NCBI GenBank assembly: GCA_001938485.1
Contig: MQRK01234412.1
Span: 1-55,235 of the forward strand
Length of the DNA: 55,235 bases
Direction of reading: 5' to 3'
DNA from: Girardia tigrina
Taxonomy: Eukaryota
Shown here piece by piece: positions 37,732-50,152 of this stretch (its first letter is position 1; every line of letters starts with the position of its first letter). The notes beneath the pieces are model-generated. The model did not search any database and was not told the DNA's origin. It saw nothing but the letters and a program-made list of their open reading frames with translations. The translations under genes were made by a program, and so were the position numbers.

Positions 37732-37781
37732 NNNNNNNNNNNNNNNNNNNNNNNNNNNNNNNNNNNNNNNNNNNNNNNNNN

Positions 37782-37820
<39 letters not shown>

Positions 37821-40800
37821 AAGAATATTTTTTATATGCTGATTTGTCTGTCACGCTGTAACTTTTGTAAGAACTACTTACTTGTAATTTGACACTAGAT
37901 AAGTTACTTTACAATATATCATAATATATCGACTATATATTTATTTATATTTATTACTTTTATTGCTTGACCTAAATATTTGTTTGTTTAGTGGTTTTTC
38001 GGTCACTTTCAAAGTTTACTATTATCAAATTTTTTTCACTCTTAAATAATGAATATTTCTTTGTACTGCCAATACAAAGTATATCAAAGTTTTAAAATTT
38101 TCTAGATTTAAAAAATTTTTTTCTCGGGCGGCTTGTTGCCTTTGAACTTTTTAGTTATAAATAATTAATCTTGAAAATTGCCTGCCTGATTGCTTTTAAG
38201 TGTACTATTGAACTGTTATACTTAATTTTTCTATTTTCGAAAAAGATAATAAAAAGATTAGTGCTTTCTTAAAAGGTGGCCTTTTGTAATTAATATTTTG
38301 ATTTTTATTGATTATAATATTATTAATAGTAGATGTTGAATGTATATTGATAATGTTTAGTGAGTAAATAGATTACAACATAATGAATAACGTGGATAAT
38401 AATATTAATCACATTAATATAATTTGAGGATTTATAGTAATATACCTTACCTAAATTCAACCAGATACATTCAATTTGACATTAGTTATTCGACGTTATT
38501 CAGAAATATGTTAAAATTTATTCATCAATGTGCGAAATATTCTTCAATATCAATGAAAGAAATAAATAACAAAAACGCCATTCATACATATAAGATTTAT
38601 TTTTGACTGCATGTTTCTCCTTCACAGACATCTTCAGGTCTTTTGTTTGAGATTTGCAAATTTATCTTCTTTTATATTTGGTTGAGTGTTACGCAAATAA
38701 TATTACATAACTCATGGATTTATTGAAGTCAATTAAAATATATTGATGTGATAGGATGTCTCATTCTGCACATTCAAGCGGGTACGAATTGCTTTATTAG
38801 AAGTGCTTATTGACGGTCCCTTCACTACGAGCATCAAAATTCGAGTTCAATATTTTGAATTCTTTTTCTCAATTGACAGTTTCGGAAGAGAAGAACGAAC
38901 ATCCCTCATGGATTTAAAGCAAGAATTATTTTCAGAACAAACAAAACTTCCCGATATTTAAAAGAAAAAATCCAAAACTCCATTAGGAATTAAGGTCAAT
39001 CAAATTTACCAATTTAAATGTCACAAGTGCCAAGACCGTCATCTCCACACTAAGGTAGCCGAACATTCTCAACAGAGCAGGAAAAGTTCAATTCTGGAAC
39101 TGTCAATTGGGAAAGTGATTTCAAAATATATTATAAATGCCTAATTATAATTGATTACTTTCAAATAATTTTTTCCAAATGATATTTGATTTTTAAATAC
39201 CTAAACTTTAATTTTTAAATATACAGGGGTGGCCATAAATCGCTTTACCGAGTTTTAATAATAATAAACACAAAATTCTAAATGATTTATAAACAAAAAC
39301 CAGATAAATTTTTTTGTTTTAATAATTATTTATTTAAAAATTTTTAAAATCATTTCATTTTGTTCATTGTTGTTGGCAATATTGGCATGGCACGATAATT
39401 AATATTAATTGTTGAATATTTTTTAAAAATATAATGATAAGTTTAAATATATTTATGAATAACCCTGTACATTTTTATGTGTTTTCTTCATACAGTGAAA
39501 ACCGCTTTATAGGACCACTGGTTAATAGGACCAAATTCTGTGGGGCCGAATCATTTCCTATGTTTCGAATATTGAAGCAGCCGCTTAATAGGACCAGTAA
39601 AAGGCTGTTAATGGGATCACTCATGAAACTGTTTGACCCTTCAAACAACATGAAAGTCATGAAAAACGTGTTTTTAGCGTAGGTCATACACCCACCCCAA
39701 TCAACATACACATACACACGTAACAATGAAGCAGGTCTTGACTGAATTTGTATTTACTGTATTTGTTCTTATCTCTTTAGCTGCAGAGAGAACCTGCTAC
39801 ATTTGTAGCACACACACACAGGACACAGCAAGAGGAAAAGTGTCCTGCAAGCAAACGTACAGTTAGTGGCGGTAGCCCCATACAATTACCATCCCAGGTA
39901 CGCATGTGTGTGTGTCGCCTAAATCGACATCAATCTTGCTAGAGCACAATGGGGAGGGTCGTAGATTGGCTGCTGACGAGAGCTGCAGCAAGCTCACACC
40001 CTCTTATGAAATCGCCACCACCAACTTCTCTCTTCCTGGTAGGACGCTTCTTCTCTTGCTGTTTGGGTGTGTGCTGTGCGCTGAGTGAGAGAGGATAGAG
40101 CAGATTAGAGTGCAAGTTGCCGAATCCTAAGTATGCTGTACAGTAAAGTAGTACAGAACTGTATCGCCAAATACTGTACATAGTTAAAGCGTTTAACGTA
40201 CTGTTTATACGAAGAGTGTGTACTTCAGAGCTTTCAAACTGTTTAGACCATCGCAATCGGTTTGCAGGCAGTTTTAAACCGATGGCAACATTAAAAACGC
40301 GCAAAATGTTGTAGCAACTCGAAAAGTGTACTTTGTCAAAAAATAACACCACTTCGCTTAATGGGACCAGTCGGTGAATAGAACCAGTTGGGCTTGCGAC
40401 AAATGTGGTCCTATTAAGCGGCTTACACTGTATTTTGAAAGTTTCAAGATAACAGTGTCTAATTCTGCCTCTTAATCTCGCATAATACTTATGACTGTCA
40501 TCATTTGCAACTGATTGCTATCAGTTTATAAGCTGTGAATCATCATGACAGTGGCTCAAACGTTAAATTAAGTTCCAAATTAATTTAGTGCATAAAAAAT
40601 AACGTTTGACAGCTAAATGATCTACTAATAAATGCGAAATTGGTTGATGCTTTTAAAACAGAAAGACCTTTGTTTAAATAAGTATTAACTTTAACATTTA
40701 ATGTACACATTAAAAAAATATGAAAATCAAACTGTGTACAAAACTTTAATTAAGTATAACGTTTTTTATAATAAATTTTAAATATTATACAAAATTCCAA

Positions 40801-43800
40801 CGTTTATAAAATATTATATATGTATATAAATGACCAAAAAACGCACTCGGTGAATATATTCTATTAAAAAAATATAAATCACACATTGTTTCGGAATTTT
40901 CAATAAATTCATTTTTATATTTTTATATTTCAAATGTTTCTCTCCTCGCTTGCCAAAAGACAATCAATCATGTTTCAAAAAACGTAAACCGTTTTTTTAT
41001 TTTGAATTGTTTATTGCTTGAATGTTTTGCTTCGCTTCATTTTGTATTTACATAAGTATGATAGTACAATAATTAAATAATTTAAAAGTTATTAAAAGAA
41101 GAATTAAAAATTATAATAATTAAAAAATTTAAGTTTTTTCATTTTATCAATTTGAAAATCTGAACAAAGATGTCTTTGTTCGGGTTATTGTTGTCGTTAT
41201 TGATGATTCATTGAGAGTCAGTATTTGCCTGTATGTGTGTCAAATTTTTAGGGAGGCAATGAGTCTAATTGGTAAACCAATCAGAGCGTGTTGTAATTTC
41301 AAAGGGGATTTTGATTTACTTTTACATTTGGTTTTTTAAAAATACAACTTCGTTTTCTAATATTTACGAATTTTCAATTTCTGATTTACAAAAAATTTCC
41401 GATTTCAATTAAACTAATTTACTTTTTGATTACAATTTTGATTGAACTTAATTTTCGAATATTGTTTAATCTGATTGCGAAAGATTATATTTTCGATTGT
41501 ATTTTGAAACGATTATTTTAAATACATTTTTAATCGAATATTTCGATTACATTTTTGAAAACAAATTGTTACATTTTTTGTTGCTAAAATTTTTTTTGAC
41601 TGAAGTGAATTTGAATATTTTTCATTGAAATACTGTTGGCGATTCAAATACATATTAACGATTTGAAAATGCAAATATCAAATCATCCCCAGAATAAGCC
41701 AAGCACGAACCACACAAATTACATGATTATGCTACCATTGGTCAGTCTCTAGGGTAACTGTAGCTTGTACCAAACACACTTGATGAAACGTTTATATTGA
41801 AACATGAAAGTTTAGTATCTTTTATGACCACCAAAGTTACATGGTAGGCTCATAACCAATGTTTAGATTTTTTCTTGTTGCACCTAATCTATCTCCTCAA
41901 GTTGATGATGAGCCAATACAGTCAGAGAAATCGCAACCGGATGAGTCGATGATTGGTGAATCTTAGTGTCACAAGACAAAATCAAAACACCGGCTTTGAG
42001 TGTATATATTTATCGTTTACAAAACATCTCAGTCTTTCCCTTAAATTATTTATATATTTGAAGAATAAGAAATAATACCTTAAATAACTTTGTCATTCCT
42101 GGAAAAGAAAGGAATAAAACAAGTAAATTATTCGTGGAAATACTTGAAGAAATGTTTAAAAAAAACAAGTGAAACTTTAATTAATTACAACGTTTGTCAG
42201 AGGGAATTTGAATTATTCATTCTAAAATTTGGTAAAGAAGATCTTCTTCAAGTCCTTGTTTGTTAGGATTTAGTGCGGAAGGTACATGAAATATTGTAAT
42301 ACTTAATATTCAATATTTTTTTCATGCTCTTTAAAATTTAAATGACATTTGATAAAATCTCGAATGTCTTGAGCAACATAACAATTTTTCGGGGTAATGA
42401 ATCAAAATTCGAATTAAGGTTCGGCACTTCTAACAATAGGATCTTGTATTTTGACTGATTTTTTTTTCGTGCATTTCTACATTAATGAACCGAAACTCCT
42501 TCCTCCAGGGTTTTTGATATTTAGGTTTATTTGTAGGTAGGTTAATGGTCAATTACTTTATCCATCGACTTTGAATTTGAAGATATATTTTTATGTCTCG
42601 ATGAAGAGCTTGATCATGGAAAAATGTCTGTAGATTTAAAACTGAAGATAAATAATATCTTTGAAAGGGATTTTGTGAATTTAAAATATAAATTTCTTTA
42701 AATATTTAAAAAGAATAGAGTATCTATTTTATTCTTCATAAATAATTGGGTATATATTCTAATAGTCTTATTTTTTTTTGATATTTCAAAATGTAAAAAT
42801 ACAGTAATAGAGATATGTCATGATAAAACAGTTATTTCTTTTAATTTGATTACAATTTGTTTCTTACAAGGCTGTGACCGATCGTCATGTGGCGTATCAT
42901 AACTTGGAAGAACAAATTGAACGTGCGAAACTGGCTGATGAAGCTGCAAAAGCTTTGGGGGGTAAAGTGACTCCAAATGAGGAACAGGATAATGTTGAGG
43001 AAAGTGTAACTGAAATTGCTGTAAGAACTAATATTTTTTTATATTTAACTTTATAATATTATGTAAATTATATTTTTTTTTATTATTTTTATATTCTAAT
43101 AATTTTTCTAAATTCTTTGAACATTTGATATTTAGAATCAACTTGAATTTTAAAAATTTAGTATTATTTAATACATTATTTTAGAGTAAGGTTTATATAA
43201 TAGAGGGGGTTTCCTAGTTGCAAAATTATTCCAAAAAATAGGTGAAAGGCATCTTCCAGGAAGACCTGAAATTAGATTACCAGAAGAAGAGCTTTCTGAT
43301 TTCGGATTCGGTAAATTTTTTTGTTAAGAAATTGTACATGTTTCGGGAATTCTTCTTCCATCACCAGCAATTATATTTGTTAATTATGATATTCTTTAGT
43401 TATTTCTCTTTTTCTTATTTTTATTAATGTTTTATTTTTTTATAAATTTAAATTAACTAAACTTAAATTATGAAAGGAACAATGTAATTTAAGGTGTGTG
43501 TACACGAATGAAGCACCAAAACACAGTCCAAAGCACAACATTCATCAAAAAGAAATTGATGGTTCGTGTTTGGGGTTCTGCTGCAGGTGTAATTCCTTAT
43601 TACTTCATGAAACTTGATTCGTCGATCACAGCAGTAGTCTACTGTCGTGGTTCTCAAACACGGGTGTTCCACGAAGACACATGAAGTGTTCCGCGAAAAA
43701 ATGAAATATATAATTAAAAATAGTCGCAAAAGTCAGTACAATGTAAAATAATGGTAATGCAATCAGCAAATGCCAATGATGTAATTTGAAATATACTAGA

Positions 43801-46800
43801 TCGAGTGGTACAGTTAGCCATACAAATATTCTAGTCATCATTTACTTAATTTAAATTATAACAAAATAATTATTCTTGATTAATATAATCATTACATGGT
43901 ACTTTATTCTTTTATAAAAAGGAAATATTTTGAAAAGGCGTGTTATTTTTCTGAGTAATAATCTTGTTTTTATTGCGTTCTAGAATCCGAAAAGATTTGC
44001 CACCCATGCTTTAAAGGTAATAGAGAAAATGTTAAAGCTTAGTATTCCCAGTCTTTAAAAAGAATGAGAACCACAGGTCTACTGCAATTAATTGGAAGAT
44101 GTGATGAGGAAACTCAAAGAAAAACAGTCGCGTTAGGTAAACACTTAAGTCCGTGATAAACTACAGTAGGAACTTCTGCATTATCCTCCATAGTCAACAG
44201 ATCTAGCCACAACTTACTACAATTCTTTCCTCAATTTACACAACATTTTAATAGGCAAAAATTCAAATACGAAGATTTTGTAAAAATGGCCTTCCAGGAA
44301 TTTATAGACTCTCGTCCATCAAATTTTTATTCAAATGGCGTCCACAACTGCTACTCAAATGACAAAAGTGTGTCGATAATATGGGTGCATACTTTGATGA
44401 ATGAAATTAATATTTGTATTGGTAAATTATAAAAGCCCAAGTCACTCACTGCCTGACTCACTGCCTCAGTAACGCTGTAAGGTAAATTTTTGAAATGATT
44501 TTATAATCAATAAAGAAATGATTGTATATTAATAAATAAATATTAGACTGATATTAGAATGAATGCGATTTTTGCAACCGTAATTTCTTAAATATCATTT
44601 TGTCTCGAGATATGATTTTCAAACTTTGCATTAAACAGAAATAAAAACTTTTGTTATACGATTTTTTATACTCGAAACACTGAAATTTTCAATAAAAATG
44701 CTTTCAGAAAAAAGTCGCGTGATCTAATAACATTGAAACCCCGGCAAGAGAGGCCCGCGAAGCGGGCCGAGCGCGCTAGTTGGTAAATAACCAGTAAACT
44801 TTGACTTTAGTTCTACAAAACTTACTGTTTCGTGTTAGGACACAAACTAGATTTTGTCTGGAGTCAGCAAAATAATGAATTTCTTTCCGTAATCCCCGAA
44901 TATTTCCATCTCCAGACATTATTCCCTTTGACCGGTATTAATTATTTTAGAAACATTTTCGTCTGGTTTAATAAACATAATGTATTAATAATAATAATAA
45001 TAAACTTAAATGAATAAAACTATTTAGTTTCTTTTTTTTCGAAAATTTATTAAATTTTCAATTTGTTTTCGTTTTAATTGAGAGATGAAAACTCTTTTAT
45101 TGAAGTGAGTTATTTTCATTGAATATTGTAAGCACCGGAATTTTATTGAAAACACATCAGAATACAAAACTCTGTTTGCTGAAGCAAAGTTACATACGTA
45201 CGATTCTCTACTTTAATTCTACTTTTTGTTTCGGAATCTAAAAGTGTTAGTTAAAATTTCAATAAAAATATAAATAATTGGAAACTTGATAAATTCAGGG
45301 GATAATATTGGAATTTAATTGGCAAAAATGCAATTTAAATAGATTTTATTTTAAATTTTGGATTATCAATTAAAAAAATTAAAAGAATATATAAAAATAT
45401 AAATATTCTGTTTAAAATAATGAAAAGAATAACGGAATTTTTTATAACAGTTGGAATATTTAGGTGGAGGGTACCTTATCGTCCGGATCAAATGGCACCG
45501 GTAAACAATTGAAAAAAAAATTAAAATATCTTTGGGTCTTAAGCGCATAACAGAGGAAAGATACTAAAAAAATTCACATTAAATTTCAAAAGGGAAATAA
45601 TATCATACCAAAAAAATTTTTGGTGTACAAACTTTTATAATTTATCATATGTTTGTGGTTCTGTATCTATTTCACCCACTTCCAACATTTTTTTGACTGA
45701 ATTATCAAAGCCTACTAGGCGAAAACCCGCATTCTATTTGCATTTAGATGTAGCAAATTTCAAAGCCTACTACTGAGGAAAACATGAGAACGATACTTTA
45801 ATTACTTTTTGCGGCCAAACTAAAGGCGGTAGATGAGCAGTTACAGTGAAAAAGTGTATTGTCACCTAGAATACATCAGTCCTGAAAGTTTCATGTCGCT
45901 AGGTGAACGGGAAGTGGGTGAATTTTCGACCGCAAGATTTGATGCATCCAGATAGACAAACAAACAAATGAAATGTAATAAAAGCTTGTAAAAATATAAA
46001 TTATAAAAACTAATTCGAATTTGCATTGACTCGATTTTTGTCGGGCAAAATTCTAGGGTAGTTTGTTCATTTGCTAACCACTATATTAATTATAAACGGT
46101 CTTTAGAGGATAACTTGTAATTTTGTAATTGGAGGATTATGGTCTTTCTGTCATTTATAAAAATCTTTCCATTTTTAAATTATCAAACTTTGGTAAGATG
46201 GTATGTTTCTTTGGGTTTGATTATCAATTTATTATTGTAACAATTTTTATGTATAAAATTTTATTATTTATTGTCCTTGTTGCCTTTGGGTGTGACACCG
46301 AGGTTTTAGTTTTTCCAATTTTTTAGCATGTCTCCTAAAGTTGATTCCACTAACTCCATTCCTCATTCTTTTCGTTAAATATCCAAAACTCGTTGAAACG
46401 TTCTCTGAGACGATCCTTAAGATCTTCTCGTCTCATCAATGTTTACTGTCTCGTTTCACTTGACGGTGCTTAACCTTGGATTCACTGATCCCCATCCACA
46501 TGATGAATGCCCGATTCGGTGTTTATACTCTCTAACTCATAACCAAGGTGTGGAGGTCTCATGAAAGCTCCACCTCTCACTAGTCAAAACGATGCTCACT
46601 ACTGAGTGAATGGGTTCTCTCTCGACTTTCAATTGACGCATTTGTGTCATCCGAACCCTGGGGAGTCCTTTGCCAATGTATATCACCATCATTGCATCAC
46701 ATTGACGAAAATTAACTACTTTAACATTTATTCGCAGAATATTTATTTTCCATAAAAATAATACAAAAAATAAATCAGTCGATCAAATCCTAATTTACTT

Positions 46801-48086
46801 ATTTGCCACATCCAAATTATTATTTTTATTTTAACAAAATAAAATGCTTATGTAAAAATATAAACCTCCTTTAAGATCGATTTTATTGAAAGACTTTTGG
46901 CCAGTCACTTTAAAAGGCGTGGTCGCCATGTGAGAAGTGGTTGCAACCTCAATATCAGGATTCATTTTTTAACACCAAAATTTATTTATATAACAATTCA
47001 CATATTTAAAACAAATTTCCTGTTAATTTAATTATCTCGACCCAAATTAATCTATTAAATTCTTTTCGATTTAATTTTTAAAATCCTGAAAATTTATTTA
47101 AAAAATTATTTAAACTTTATTTTCAAAATTTATTTCAAAGTTTATTTAAAATTACTTATTAAAAATATTTTTATTTATAAATAAATATTTAATATTTTTG
47201 TTTTCTTGACATTTTTAATNNNNNNNNNNNNNNNNNNNNNNNNNNNNNNNNNNNNNNNNNNNNNNNNNNNNNNNNNNNNNNNNNNNNNNNNNNNNNNNNN
47301 NNNNNNNNNNNNNNNNNNNNNNNNNNNNNNNNNNNNNNNNNNNNNNNCATTTTTAATTTTAAAATATTGAATAAGCATATTAACATAAAAATATTTTACC
47401 CTTTAAATTAAAAAAATAATAAATTATTCAGGCGAGATAAAAATTTAAATTAACCCCTCATACTGTATATAAAATACTCTACAATGTCAATAAAACTGAT
47501 TTTTGACTAATGCTCACAATTGGGAAACCTAAAAAGTTATAATTTTGTTTCGTTAATGAACAACTTCAATCTTATGACATTATAGTAATGTGTTGTCAAT
47601 ATAAATATGGGTGCCCTGAGTTTTAAATCTTTTCCTAAGTATTTTAAATGCTTATGGATGTATGAAGACAAACTGGTTGAATTAGTACTACTAGGAAGTA
47701 ATGGGAATATTATCATAAATCTAGGAGCCACCATTGAAGAGAGAACCAAGAGATCTGGGAGTATATATGCACAGTGTTATAAAAATTAACTTTAAAATTT
47801 AGTAATTTTGATGGAAAATATTTGAATAAATATTTGATCCGATGAACATCACAGTGTGAAAATATATTGTAAAAATGTGAAAATTTTATTACAATTTAGA
47901 AAGAAGGTATATCCCAAGAGACTCCGATTGCCGTTGAAATAAGTGAGGAGAAAGATCAAGAAGATGTTCCAGATGCACCAAATGAATTATCCAAAATAGC
48001 TGAGGAGAATCCGGAAGAGGTTTGATTAACAACGCATGGGTTTATTGTATTTGTTAATTTATTTATTTTAGGCAATTGAAGAGTAA
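32832..48086 (+). CDS. RSPH3: Radial spoke head protein 3 homolog (ciliary AKAP)
   Basis: Exons 32832-32938, 33029-33407, 33460-33653, 34656-34828, 34874-34974, 42871-43020, 47900-48019, 48072-48086; all GT-AG, phases consistent, 1239 nt = 412 aa. Motifs YGNLMYDRRVVRGNT, QTELYLEEL, DRPSTPLFVPAKSG, LEVLVGKTLEQS, GYFFDPVERD, FLPWLM, VLDMIIR. The last three exons (acidic tail) are less certain. Confidence 0.93.
36582..37078 (+). mobile_element. Ty3/gypsy integrase 3' fragment, PPT and LTR start (RSPH3 intron 5)
   Basis: PYHHNTNGIVERQFRTIRDA...SPTEIIFGRRLRHW...YIGP...IRNVEWLKPF, then GAGGGGGA|TGTGAGG; relative of 17017-17600; bounded by (TA)n. Confidence 0.9.
37163..37370. mobile_element. Tc1/pogo-type MITE
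   Basis: Inverted repeat TACTTCGATTT(T/A)ACGCCGC at both ends, internal AACGCCGC repeats, TA flank. Confidence 0.6.
37499..37609 (+). mobile_element. Penelope-like GIY-YIG endonuclease C-terminal remnant
   Basis: NFGTYHERIVTEALLIKH*KPCLNVQSVLSNHIKIF* (E..LI...P.LN motif). Confidence 0.65.
38590..39130. mobile_element. Penelope-like element: two oppositely oriented GIY-YIG fragments
   Basis: Plus strand 38968-39105 reads KSKTPLGIKVNQIYQFKCHKCQ-DRHLHTKVAEH. Minus strand 38880-38743 reads EFKILNSNF...ALLIKQF..P.LNVQ...INIF*, followed by a hammerhead relic and AATAAA. Confidence 0.7.
38605..38640 (-). ncRNA. Degenerate minimal hammerhead ribozyme of a Penelope-like element
   Basis: GAC-CUGAAGA-UGUCUGUGAAGGA-GAAA-CAUG-CA-GUC: core boxes intact, helix I GAC/GUC, palindromic helix III; cleavage triplet and helix II mutated. 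Confidence 0.6.
39224..39467. mobile_element. Tc1-like MITE
   Basis: TA|CAGGGGTGGCCATAAAT ... ATTTATGAATAACCCTG|TA imperfect TIRs. Confidence 0.55.
39493..40430. mobile_element. pogo/Tc1-mariner-type non-autonomous element, 938 bp
   Basis: 26-bp TIRs CAGTGAAAACCGCTTTATAGGACCAC vs (reverse complement) CAGTGTAAGCCGCTTAATAGGACCAC; TA TSD; subterminal TTAATAGGACCA repeats. Confidence 0.88.
43645..44076. mobile_element. hAT/Charlie-like MITE, 432 bp
   Basis: TIRs TCGTGGTTCTCA / TGAGAACCACAG; 8-bp TSD GTCTACTG (43637-43644, 44077-44084); removing it restores the mariner reading AVVYCN. Confidence 0.88.
44428..44779 (+). mobile_element. Non-autonomous Helitron
   Basis: 3' hairpin GGCCCGC-GAA-GCGGGCC (44752-44768) followed 7 nt later by CTAG|T; 5' TATAAAAGCCCAAGTCACTCACTGCCTGACTCACT microsatellite-like head. 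Confidence 0.8.
45700..45995 (+). mobile_element. Helentron-associated (HINE-like) element
   Basis: AAAGTTTCATGTCGCTAGG...GGAAGTGGGT...AGACAAACAAACAAA...TAATAAAAGCTTGTAAAAA terminus, like 85-252. Confidence 0.45.
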
Positions 48087-48138
48087 AAATTATGAATCCG
48101 TCTTACACTATTACAGAAAACATTATTAATTTATTATT

Positions 48139-48144
48139 AATAAA
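48139..48144 (+). promoter_or_regulatory. Poly(A) signal of RSPH3
   Basis: AATAAA ~50 nt after the predicted stop, followed by a T-rich tract; AT-rich background limits specificity. Confidence 0.45.
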
Positions 48145-49329
48145 AATGTCTTTATTTATTTATTAATTTTAAAAAAAAATTTGAAAAATTTCAATTATGA
48201 CGTTTTATACCAACAATATTTAAGATAAGTCATGAAACTGACTTTAGGGTATCGCTGTTGTTGAATTCCTCAAAGACGAGGGAAATTAAATAAAAGAAGT
48301 TTTATATTTTACCTGAATTGATTTATTCTACAAAATCTTTTAAAAATTTATAGTAAAACCTTTCTCCAAGTAAATAATACACTGTTTCTGGGACTTGAAA
48401 TAAAAAGAATAGAGATAAGTCATAAAAAAACCATTAATGATCTAGGAAATAACTCATTTTTTAGATATTTTATAATTTTTACTATTTACAACTTTTTGCG
48501 TCGATATTCCGGGTTAGTATTTCGTAAATGGAGGTAAACTTAAACATTTTTTAACACTTAAAATGATCTATGTAAGACCCTATTCTTCAGTCTGTCGGTC
48601 ACCTTGCATTTTTCTAGATAGCTAAAGTACACATAATTTCGGTTCGAAGTCTATAAACCTAAATCAATCAGTAACTATTTTTTCGCGATAGGACTAAAAT
48701 CTAATACAACTTTTGTATTCCGTATATTCGATCTCCCTCGGTTCGATTGATTGGGTCGACTCAATCATTTTGTTAACGAGGGTATCGAGGACGATTTGGT
48801 TGTTGAACTCGAGAGCGCTCGGATCGATTTCCCCGCAAATCAAATTGAAGAAATTGATCATTCGAATTTTTGTAAAATTATAAAAACCGGTTTTCGGTAA
48901 TGAAAAAATAACAATTTGCTTCTTTTAAAAGAATATATTTTTTAATCAATTCGCCCCACTACAACTTTGATAAAAAGATAAAAAAGGAAAAACTAATTGT
49001 ACAAATTAAAACAAAAACAATAATCAATAAAATTGAATTATACAATAAATATTTAATAATAAAAAATTACAATAATTAATAAAAATCAATACAATAAGCG
49101 CGGCACAACAACAACCTCTAGGAAAATAACACAATTAAAAAACCATCCAGTAAATTAAAACAAAAAATTAAGAAAAGTCGTACATATTCGCAATCTCAAA
49201 AATATTAGAAAAATAGAGGAATAAAAAAAATATAAGAGATCAGGGGAAAATAGAAAAATTGAAAAATAAAGAATACATTGGGAAACTTTAAAATATATTT
49301 TAATAATATATCAGGAACTATGAAAAAGC

Positions 49330-50152
49330 CAGTGGCGGATTTAGCTATAGGACTGGGGGGGCAGAAATTCCCCCCCACGCCCCTGTTGGATTCTAAATGG
49401 CGCCCCAAGATGACTTTTATAAATGTGTATTTTTGTGTACAAGAAATAGCTGCATTATGATTAAATTTCATCCTTAACATTGACACTAGATCTGTGATGC
49501 AGAAGAACTAAATGGATTGGTTTCGTATAGTTAAATCTCCAGGTTTCACTTCAGTATTCATTATAACAACATGTAGAATTTATTAATTATTTACAATCTT
49601 TTTAGAATACTTAAACAAATAATAATCACAACTGGTATGTATTATTAACGTATACACTGCAACATATTGCTGCTGATGCTTTGCTATTTGTAATATTACC
49701 ATGTCGTGTTGTTAGACATAGATGATGCAGTAGGCTAGCAGACATAATATTTTTGGGCAGTGGAGAATACTACTGAGACTTAAGATTTCACTTTCCACTT
49801 CCTGCTTGTACAAGTTTTGTCTGTCTATAAAGTCCAACGGGGGTTAATACACTCCAGTTACCACTATACACTACAGGCATTTATTAATATTAAATATATC
49901 CAGCCGGAGTAAACCTTAATATTATTAAAAGTCGGTAATTATGACGGGTCAACAAAACTTCATTATTTTTAATAGTTAATCATTTTTTGGTGCTGCCTAC
50001 CGCTGGAACAAGATATCGGGGAACGTACAAATCGTGTATATTATAGTATTTACTCAATATTAAAATTAGTAGGGCTAGTACTACCTTTATCCTTTTTGGC
50101 GCCCCCTGAAAGTTTTCTCGTCCCCACGCACCAAAATCTAAATCCGCCACTG
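49330..50152. mobile_element. hAT-type MITE, 823 bp
   Basis: Perfect 15-bp TIRs CAGTGGCGGATTTAG / CTAAATCCGCCACTG; 8-bp TSD GAAAAAGC / GAACAAGC (1 mismatch); GGCGCCCC subterminal motifs. Confidence 0.9.

Larger units (their letters stand above)
43495..44820 (+). mobile_element. mariner 3' half hosting two nested insertions (RSPH3 intron 6)
   Basis: KKLMVRVWGSAAGVIPYYFMK..SITAVVYC|N*LEDVM...HYPP*STDLA...KCVDNMGAYFDE; homologous to 23170-23712. Confidence 0.85.

Noticed and set aside
41900-41966. Acidic exon-like stretch (DDEPIQSEKSQPDESMIGES*) in RSPH3 intron 5
   Set aside because: No RSPH3 homology, and conserved sequence resumes at 42871; likely repeat-derived.
45083-45110. Extra RSPH3 micro-exon ending in a GTGAGT donor
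   Set aside because: Available AG acceptors give 20 or 22 nt, breaking the frame between phase-0 exons.
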